This document shows, one piece after another, positions 15,516 through 24,651 of a stretch of DNA of 24,651 nt. The DNA is taken from contig JAIROH010000122.1 in assembly GCA_031257595.1 (NCBI GenBank), positions 1 through 24,651 on the forward strand, read 5' to 3'. The stretch comes from Treponema sp. Its GTDB lineage: Bacteria; Spirochaetota; Spirochaetia; Treponematales; Breznakiellaceae. How positions within the stretch are numbered: position 1 is the stretch's first letter; each line of letters begins with the position of its first letter. The notes below the pieces were generated by a model. It searched no databases, had not been told where the DNA came from, and worked only from the letters and a program-made list of their open reading frames with translations. The translations under genes and the position numbers were made by a program.

Positions 15516-18500
15516 ATGGCTAAGCATCTCAAGAATTTTTTCGGGATTACCGTTTTGGTAACGGCAATCGGCATCCTTAATGCCCAGACAATTCCCGGTA
15601 TCAGGGGTATTGATCAGGGGGCTTTTCAGTATCATTTTGACAGGGCGGACCGGGAAACCGATCCCACTTCCTGGATGGAACAGGCCCGGCGTGGCAGGGA
15701 ACTTGCCCTTGGAAGCTGGGAGCGGACGGCTCTTGAACTGTACGAGGATCCGGCCGTTCGCGCCGGGGCGGCCGGGGAACTTGCCCGCTGGTCGGAAGAA
15801 GAACTGGAGCGCCGTTTTGCCCAGTGGCTTTTAAAACGTTTTTTTGGAGCGGATTCAGGGGATATGGCGCTGGCTCTTTTAAAAACGGCGGACGAGGCGA
15901 ACAGGCTCTACGCCTATCATACGGACGATGACGGAAACATCATCTACAACGATGATTCCGGCGATCCTGAAGCGGTACGCCCTTTTGAAGGCAGGGACGT
16001 CGAAACAGACAGGGCCGCCTGGCGTGAATTTGTCTCCCGTGCCGGAGAAACCGAACTTGGTTCTTATGCGGCGGCGCTTTCCGTACATTTTCCCGAACTT
16101 CTGTTTTATATACCGGAAGAAAACCGGGAAGAATTTCAAAACAGCCTTATTTCGGTATATTCCCGGGCCCTGTCGGCGCGGGAAACCGAGTTCAAGGCCC
16201 TGCTTGCCAGGGAAGAACGGCTCTTTATTGCCCGCCGAACCGGGGATATTTGGAGCATCCGCAAAAAAAGCGAAAACGAGAGCGCATCGGCGATTACCGC
16301 TCAGCTTGTGAAAGAGGCGGACGCCCTGTGCGCTGAGGGAATCGCTTCGCTTGAGCGGCGCATTGAGTCCGCCCGTTCCGGTTCGGACGATCTTTCTTTG
16401 GCCGGTAATGATTGGCTTGACGATTTTCGGGAACAGTTTGAAAAGGGGATAAGAGCCTGGCAAACAGCCGAAGAACAGTTTTTGATCCGGCGTATGGAAT
16501 GGGAACGCGACAGCGGCGAATACTTTCTTGCCGGTCAGGAAGCCTGGCAGAACGCCTTTTCGGAATTTGAAAAACAGCAGCTTGCCTGGTAAGAAAAAGC
16601 CAGGGAACTTTTCAGAAACGGAGAAGAACTTTTTTCCGGCGCGTCGGAACATCTGCAGTACGCAATCGCCGAAGCAAAGGCGGAATTTGAAAAAGACGCC
16701 GAACTACGGATCGGCAACGGCGTGGAACGGGCAAGGTCCTGGGTCGATATGTACATTACCTGCGCTTCGGTTCTTGCCGATGTACGGGAAAGCGTCAATT
16801 TCTGGCTGAAACGTTTTGTGAACGACAGCCCTCCTTCCCTCGACGGCGGGACACTTGCCATATGGGCGGACGGTATTCTCAGTTCAGGACGGACCTTAAA
16901 CGCGGAACAGAGGGCGGCGGGCCAGGAACTTGTCAGATGGGCAGAGCTGTACATTCAGTACCGTAATAAGGCGGAGGAAGCCAAAACGGCCCTTGAAACG
17001 GAATTTGCCCTGGCTCTGGGGACCAACGCGGGCGGCTTAACCGATGTGCTGGATACGGCCAGCGAGGATTTCCACCTGGACGAATACCAGGTGGAAATCA
17101 TCAGGGCACAGGCGATCGCCGGATACTGGGAACAGCGGCTTGCCGTCGCCGAAGCCGTATCCGCCTACGCCGAGGAACTTACCGCGGGCCGCCAGACCGA
17201 AGCGGAAAGCCTTTCCGCGTGGAGGAACGCCAAAGCGGGCTATGACGCCGCCCTTGCGTCGTATTCCGCCGTCCAGGAACAGCTCCGTTCGGCGAATCTT
17301 TCGGTCGCCGAAGCGCGGGAAGAAATGCGCCTTGCGGCGCTGGCGCTTGACGGCGCCGAACGGCGTCTTGAAGAACTAAACGCGAGTTACGCCCTTCAAA
17401 TGGCATCGTACCGGCTCAATTCACGGGATTTTATTCTGGAAGAACTCGGTTCCTATTACGCCTCGCTTATCGAACAACGGGAAAAGCGGGAACAGGACGG
17501 CGCGTACTATACCGGTTATTTAAAGGCTCTGCGGGATTATTCAGACGCTTCCGGTCTGGCGGAATCCTGGGGAAAACTTGAAAGTATCGTCCTGGGATTG
17601 GAGACCGGTGAGCTGCGGGCGATGAAGCTGGCCCTGCTTGGAACCGAATCCGCCGCAGACTGGTACTTCACGTTCAGCGGAACGGAATCTTCAGCGGAAG
17701 AACGGCGCCTTCTTGAGGAAGAAGGTCTCCTCAGGCGTCTTGAAAGGGAATCCGAAAGCGAAGGGGGAAAGGCCGCCCTGCTGCTTCAAGTCTACCGGGA
17801 ACTGGCCCCGTATTCCCAGGCGGCGCGGAAAGAAGCCGTTGTTTCCGCCTTGAGCGGGATGAGCCGGGTTTTTGCCGAATACGGAATTGAGGCCGCGGAC
17901 GGGACGCTGCCTTCGACGGGTCTTGTCGGCAATGCTTTGTCCCAATACGCGGTTCGGCAGGGAATCGACTACGGAAAAGCCGCCGCGGAATTCTTTGTCA
18001 GGATTGATGAAGAAACGGCGTTTATCCCCGATTGGATAGAACAGGAAACGGCCGCGTGGAAAAGCGCGGCGCTTGTTTACATGGCCGCGAAAACCGTTTA
18101 TGACGGAAAAACCCCGGCGGAAACCTTGTTGTTTGCTTCCGAAATGTACCGGGAAAAAGAAGAAAAACTCCAGGCACTATACCTTTACGATTTTTATTTT
18201 TCGGTTGGAGAAATTCCGGATTTTGAAAAACCCGAGGAAGACGACCGGACATTGGCCGCCGAAGCCGCGTATTACCGGTATCTTTACGAATACCTTGGGG
18301 CCTATGAAAACACCCTCGGTACAATGGACACGGCGGGTTCTGACGCCGAACATTGGAGGACCTACATTTCCGATCCTTTTTTTGCTTTGTACAACCTTAA
18401 TAAAGACGAAGCCGTACAAATAAACGCCGCCTCCACGGGAAACCCGGATCGTGAAACCGGCGGAATAAAAGGAGCCCTTTCCTGGGAAGAAGGACTTTTG

Positions 18501-21500
18501 GCCGATGCCTGGGAAAGCGCTGAAAGGGAGCGGGAAAAACTGGAAAAAGCCTTTCGCCTCTTCCTTGACAGTCCTTCCGGCGCTTCCACGATCCTGTTTC
18601 TGGAAACAGCGGGAAGGTATTTGGATAATCCGGAACTTGCCTGGGAAAATCTTTTTGACGAAACAACTCTGGTGATAAATTATGAATTTTACACAGATGA
18701 ACAGGACAAGCTGGCGGTGCTTTTAGATACCGACAGGTTCCTTGCGGCGGAGATCTCGCGTCTTGGCCTTGGATTCAGCAGAACATCCGCCGACAGGGCC
18801 GAAGCACAGGAAGGGCTGGAAAGAATATCCAAAGAACTGGAAAGGCTGCAGTTGAGTTACGAGACGGTTTTTGCCCAATACATTGAGGCCGCCGACGCTT
18901 TTGCCCGGGCCGGCTCATCCTATGAAAACATCTATACGCGGGCGAAGAACCTTTTTACGGCGATGGAAAAGGCCCGGCTTGAATATGAAAAACAGGACGC
19001 CGTCCGGCGTTGGGCGGAAACCGCTTATCTGTATAACAGCGGGGAGTATGTTGAGACCGCATATTATATGGAGCCGAAGGAAGAATTGGCCTACGCCAGG
19101 GAACGGTCCGAACGGGCACATACGGCGCTACGGGCTCTTAGGGATTTGTACGACAACGGCGAGGAAAAAAGGCCCTATGAAAACGAAGAATACAACAGAC
19201 TTTATGAAGAATACAAAGTCAGTTTCGGCCGGATGTTCCTTGCCGCAAAAGCCATGACCGGGCTTGAAGACGCCATCGTTTTTGAGAAAAGCAACAATGT
19301 GTCTTTGTATGATTCCCTTTCCGTCCAGGCATCCTCGTATGTCAATCCGGCGTTTGTTGAATTTGTTACAGGTTCCGAAATTCCCGTGGAAAATCCATGG
19401 TTTAATTATCTTACCGTAACGAATGACGGCAAACTGTCGTTTTCTTATGATCCTGCCACATTTAAGCTGACAGATCCTTCGAATGTTTCTTCGGACGGAT
19501 TGTCATCGTACTTTGGAAGCGAAGGCCGCGCCTTTGGCGAAAGTTCCCAGGTATCGGCTTTTGAAAAGGCCCTGGCCGACTGGAGTGCGCGTATGGACTC
19601 TTACCGGTTGGACGACATGGGGAATTTCCTCCGCTGGGGGCTTGCGCTTGATTACCTTGTAAGGCAGTTGATCGAAAACAATCCTGATATCGAGGGAATA
19701 GGCGCCAGTTATACGCTGAGCGATTTGGGCGAAAACGGTTCGTTGAAACTGGACGGTACGCGGCTCAATTCAATATTAAGCCGTTTAAGGAACGGGCAGC
19801 TTCCTGATGTTCAGCGTTCAGCTTATAACAGCTTGAGTGATTCGGAGAAGGCCGATCTGGAATTTTTAGCGGCTCTTGTTCTGTCGGGCGGAGGAGGAGC
19901 CGGGTCCGGCGGCTTGACCAGGTCGTCTGAATGGCATGAAATGCGATGGTTGAACAATAAAGCAAATTCTTATCGTCATAAAGTGAAGGTTGTTTTTGTT
20001 ACTGTGGTTGTTTACAGCTGGCCCTATACTTTTGACTCAAGTGAAGTAGACTACATTCGCGAGTTTTCCAAAAATCGGGCCAATTCGATTTACAATATGA
20101 TTTATTCAGAGCGTAAAGAATACACAGAAGCGGTTTCGGGTCTGTCACAAACATGGCAGGACTATCAAGAGTCCTGTGAAAATCTGGCGGCATTTTTGGG
20201 AAATAAAGACGGGGAACCAGTTGAGTGGACCGGCATAGAAAAGGCCCTGACGGCCTTGCGGGTTTTTACGGAAGAAGACATTTCGGAACTACATGGATGC
20301 TGGGACGAAATGCTTGCCTACCATGACAGACAGGGAGAACCCCTCCTGTTTACGGACAATGTGTCCGCCCTGGAGACACTTGTAACCTGGACCAGGGGAA
20401 AGAGAAACGAGATAAAACAGCGGTTTGAAGCGGCCTATGCCGGCGACGAGTCGCGGCGCGGGGAAGCCCAGGGCGAATACAGAAGAATTCTGGGATTATA
20501 CATAGACGGTTCAAAGACGCTTGCGGAACTAAACGCCGCCGCGAAAGAAGCCTATGGAGAACATTCCCCCGCGATCAAAAATCATCTTGAAAACCTGGGC
20601 AGCGTAATGCTTTCCGATCTTGATTTGACAGGCGGCGAAAAAAGCGGCAGCGTTTTTCAATTCAGGGAATTGGCGCTTGAATACGAAGAACTTATTGAGC
20701 GGATCTACAGATCCCGCTTTGATTCGGAACTGGCTTCCAGAGAAATCGAATGGGAAAAGCAGCAGGAAGACCTTATCCAAAAAATTGCCTCATGGAAAGA
20801 AGCGTCGGGACTTATTCTTGAAAGGGGCAGGAAAGACTGGAAAGAAGGCCTTGAAGACATGCTTGAAAAAAGTGAAAAGTGGGCCAGGTCTTTTGAGGAA
20901 GAATACGGCCGGATCGACGCGGCCTGGAACGCGGCGTATCTGGAATGTTTACAGGACAAGGAGGCATGGGTAAACAGGGCCGTGGAAGCCGCGGATAACG
21001 CGCTTCAGGGCGCCCTGCTTTCGTTTATCGGATCGGATGCGGAAGCCGGAAGCCGAAAATTTGCGGCGTTTTTCCCGTCCACCCTGCCCGGATTCGGCGG
21101 GGTGGAAGAAGCCGGAGAAATACTGCAGGATGTTCTCGCGTCCGCGGGTATCAAGGGTCTTGCGGGCGCGTTTGACGCGATTAACGGAAACGCGAAGACA
21201 GCCGGGATCACGCTCCGTACCGGGAACAGCGGTTCTGGCCTCTGGAACGCCGGTCAAGCCTATACGGCCGCCAGAGAATTGGCCCGGAAAGGGACAACGG
21301 AATTGGCCTCGCAAAAAATGAAAATTCTCGCTTTACAGGCCCGGGAAAGCGCCGTTCAGGCCAAGGCCCAGCTCGATCAAAATATTGAGAACGCCAACCG
21401 GAATTTTGATAAAAACATGGATGAAACGTTTATAATGGGATCGGGATGGGTAAAATCCGGGAACGCCTATATTCGGGATATAATAGTTCATTCAACACTC

Positions 21501-24290
21501 TTTCAGTCTGTTATAACCGACAGGGTAACGGTGGATTCGTACAAATGGTTCGTAATGGAATATTGGGATTTTACCACCAATCTGAGCGATGGTTATCTGG
21601 ACGGGCTTGATTATTTTGCCATAGAAACCGTAATCGGTCTTGCCCAGGACGAGGTCCGGCAAAAAAGTGAAGTCGTATTCGGCAACGCTTCCGGGGAAAC
21701 CGGGCTTTTTGCCGGATGGATTGGCGAAGCTCCGGAAATGATCAACGGCGTTTTTGCAAAGGCGGGAAGCGGTGAATTAGGCCGGCTTTTAACGGAATAT
21801 TATACCTATGCGATGAAGCAGAGTCGGGGAATCGCGCTGGTAAATCTGCCTGCCTGGAACAAACCGCTTTGGGATTCCCGGGGATCGTGGTTTAGCGCCC
21901 CAAGCCTTAGAACCGTTGCGGACATTGCGATGACGGCAGTATCAGCCGTTGCCGTTGCCGCTTCGCCGTTGACAGGCGGCGCATCCCTGGCCCTGGGCGT
22001 GGCGATAAACCTTGCGGACGACGCTTTGTTTACTGCCCTGGATGCAGCCAGCGGTTACAAGAGCTGGGACGAAGCGGGCTTTGCTTTTGGGCAAAAGGCC
22101 TTGATGACCGTCGCTACATCGACAGCGGGAGCCGTTTTTAACGGCTTCGGTAAAGTTGCCGAAGGCGGTACGGGCTTTTTCAATACGGGCGGTTTAAGTG
22201 GTTATATTGATCGGGCCATGGACCAGGGATTTGACAAAGTATTGTCCATGGGGGCATTGTCCGGGGCGCGGGCTTTTAGTACCGGTACCATCACCAGCGC
22301 CCTCGGCGCCGTTACGTACAGCCGGGAAAACGGATTCGGCTGGTCACGGGATTCTTTTTCATCGGGATTGTACGGCAGTTTGGCCGGGACCGCCTCAGCG
22401 GGAACCGGTTCGTTCGTTACCGGTACAATGAATCTGGGCCTTGAAGGTTTTTACGGACAATATTATGCGGACGGCAGTAAATTGTCTTCAGTGGTTGGCG
22501 GTTTGAGCGGACAGGGAATTAATGTTGCTTCGGGTGGAGATTTTACGTTAAATGTATTTAATCTGGGTTTTGCCAACAAAGATCTGACTTCAACCGGCCT
22601 TCTTGAGCTCCACCTTGGCAGAGACGGCATTAATACCCAAATAGGCGCCGGCGGGACGGATCTAAGCGCGGGAGCCGTTGCAAGCGCCGTACGCGGGGTG
22701 GAAGCATGGCGGGTAAATTTCGAGATATGGAATTCCGGTTCCGCCGACGCAAAGGAATACATCAGTCAGATGAGAAGCCTTTATTCGGGAGATATCGTCA
22801 ATAACAGCGAATACGACGCGATACTCGCCGGAAAAACCAGAATTCTGGAAGACAACTCGGTCGACGAGACATTAAGCGAATACAATCCCGTAAGCGGGAT
22901 CAAGTACATCATTTTGGGGAACGACGCCGTTAACGATGACAGCCGTTTTGGACTCAACGTAGTCTTTAGCCATGAATCGTACCGGAATGGCCTGGACGAC
23001 GGGGAAGAAGTACAGAAATTTGAGACAGGCCAGGCCATACTTGGCCACATCGGTACGGCTCTGGGGTTAATGCAGAGCTACGGTGAAGGCTCGATCGGGC
23101 GGGCAATGGCAGGAGAGGCAAAAAGCTTTTACGAAAATTACACAACCATCCTGAGCGAAAACAGTTCCATTGACGATAAACTCAACGCGCTTGTCCAATT
23201 GGGCGCGGTGTTTGAAAGTTACGATTCAAGCGCCGACTACTGGAAGATGAGACATGACGGTGTTTTGGTTTATGACAACAGCGGTTGGCTGCAGGACGAG
23301 GCCGGTAAGTATATAAACACCGATGGAAAAAGAACCGCTTCCCTTACCGCAGAGACCGTTGGCGCGGAGAATATCAAACAGGGATTGTTGAATATTTTAT
23401 ATGGCGGAACAAGCGGCGTAGCTTTAAATAGCTATTCCAAAAAGCAACAGGACTTTGCAAGAGATATTATGAACGAAGCAGGATTGGTAAACGGCGCCAT
23501 GCTTAATATGAACGATGTCATGTCTTTTGCGGGCGATACTGTGGCCGGAGCGGTTTTTCGAACCTATTACAACAACACCGTAGATTATTTTCTGGCGTCA
23601 AACCACCACGTTGATTTGATTTTCAACAACAAAGGGAATTGGACTCCCCGTGAACTGTCGTACGCTGCTACATCAAGGTATGTCGCGGAAGCAGCCTACA
23701 GGGTTAACAGATATAAAATGGCTGATGGCAGCGTGGCAAACGGACTGCGGAGGAAGTACCTTGACACGGTTCAGTTTTCCGATGGCACATCGCAAAATCT
23801 GTTAAAGATCACTGAGGAGAATCCTTACCTATACACGCTGTTGAATCAAAACGATTCTGTCTTTAAAAGTGAAAATTCCGCCTGGCATAACGAGGCCTTG
23901 TATAAATGGGGTTGTAATTTTATGTCGAGTATAGCCGTTCCACAGTTACTTACCGGTGACATTTTCGACGCCCAGGAAGTAACCGATGTATGGAACTGGG
24001 CCGTAGAAAAAGGCGTGATGCGAAGTGACGGACTTGTTAACGATGCTACGCCATTGGCAACTTACGTTTTGCAAAATGTAATCGGCGAAAGCAACATGGG
24101 GATAGTATTCGAGAAGAAAAGTCTCGCCAGACCTTCTACAGACAGCATGCTTATAGCGGTAAAAGAACAGTACGACCCAAGCCATTTTGTCCTTGACGGA
24201 ATTGACCAGCGTCTGCTTTATAATCCGTGGCCGGACCTAATAAGACCGCATAACCGTTATGACGGCGTTTTTTTACAAACTTCCTATTAA
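15516..24290 (+). pseudogene. Giant secreted polymorphic-toxin-like protein (2,925 codons) interrupted by one in-frame TAA at 16590-16592
   Basis: ATG 15516 gives the signal peptide MAKHLKNFFGITVLVTAIGILNA-QT. Track ORFs 15372-16592 and 16722-24290 are in the same frame, and the 43 codons between them are open and stylistically continuous (LAW*EKARELFRNGEELF). It has a long acidic helical region, a Gly/Ala-rich hydrophobic region and a C-terminal papain-like domain. The stop could be a real nonsense mutation or a sequencing error. Confidence 0.8.
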
Positions 24291-24402
24291 GGGAAGGTAA
24301 TCCGCATGTTTTGAGTGTTATCATGGATGTATTTTTGAGTAACATAAAGAGACCGATCGTCGTATGTGTTACGTTGGCGGGTTTTCAAATTTGTTAAAAA
24401 AT

Positions 24403-24418
24403 CCCCTGCAAACAGGGG
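24403..24418. terminator. Hairpin, possible intrinsic terminator (U-tract on minus strand)
   Basis: CCCCTG-CAAA-CAGGGG, preceded on the plus strand by an A-run (24396-24401). Confidence 0.35.
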
Positions 24419-24457
24419 TTATAAACATCGGCGGATTTACGCATAAGGAGAAACAAA

Positions 24458-24651
24458 ATGGGAACTTTCGGATTACATGGTAAGCATACTGTGGCATTTA
24501 GCATTTTGATTGGCATAACGCTGACAACCGGCATGACGTTTTTTGGTTGTACAACACTGCCAAGTGATGCTCCTCCATTACACCAGGCAATTGCCGGCGG
24601 TAATTTTGCGCGGGTTCAGAAATTGGTTGAAGCAGGGGCGGACATTAACGA
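24458..24651 (+). CDS. Ankyrin-repeat lipoprotein, partial (candidate immunity protein; missing from the ORF track)
   Basis: AAGGAG RBS then ATG 24458: MGTFGLHGKHTVAFSILIGITLTTGMTFFGC-TTLPSDAPPLHQAIAGGNFARVQKLVEAGADIN. Lipobox FFGC (Cys codon 24548-24550). PLH.A...G....V..LV..GAD.N is an ankyrin consensus. Confidence 0.88.
   Translation, partial: MGTFGLHGKHTVAFSILIGITLTTGMTFFGCTTLPSDAPPLHQAIAGGNFARVQKLVEAGADIN

Noticed and set aside
15230-15574. 114-aa minus-strand ORF as an intact toxin
   Set aside because: It reads through the promoter, the palindromic element and the giant gene's start. Only the last 14 codons, from ATG 15274, look like a real gene start.
15372-16592. Independent 406-aa gene
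   Set aside because: The upstream extension crosses the repeat element, the real start is probably 15516, and the frame continues past a single TAA into the 2,522-aa ORF.
15879-16652. 257-aa minus-strand ORF
   Set aside because: It is an antisense shadow of the giant gene with no motifs or RBS.
15516-24290. RHS/YD, CdiA, tape-measure or HINT-containing protein
   Set aside because: I saw no YD repeats, PxxxxDPxG motif, haemagglutinin repeats, VENN motif or HINT signature. It has a Sec signal peptide and there are no phage genes nearby.

Overview
Chromosomal window whose gene content and repeats suggest a spirochaete (Treponema/Breznakiellaceae-like; inferred, not searched). Left (1-5474, minus strand): a four-gene envelope operon encoding a large modular surface lipoprotein, a small secreted SLH-like protein, an outer-membrane beta-barrel and a secreted FecR-domain protein. 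Right (5710-24651, mostly plus strand): a repeat-bearing PD-(D/E)XK protein, an Ig-like lipoprotein, two overlapping RND permeases with no adaptor or TolC in the window, a second PD-(D/E)XK paralogue, and a brnA antitoxin whose brnT toxin is deleted. These are followed by a ~2,924-codon secreted protein gene with one in-frame TAA and then an ankyrin-repeat lipoprotein. The giant protein has a polymorphic-toxin layout: signal peptide, helical stalk, Gly/Ala-rich hydrophobic segment, HE motif, and a C-terminal papain/C39-like peptidase domain. The best candidate for an undescribed system is therefore an RND-pair/Ig-lipoprotein-associated giant polymorphic toxin with an ankyrin lipoprotein as immunity. 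Several palindromic REP/MITE-like elements lie between genes. All family calls come from motif recognition by eye; no database was searched.
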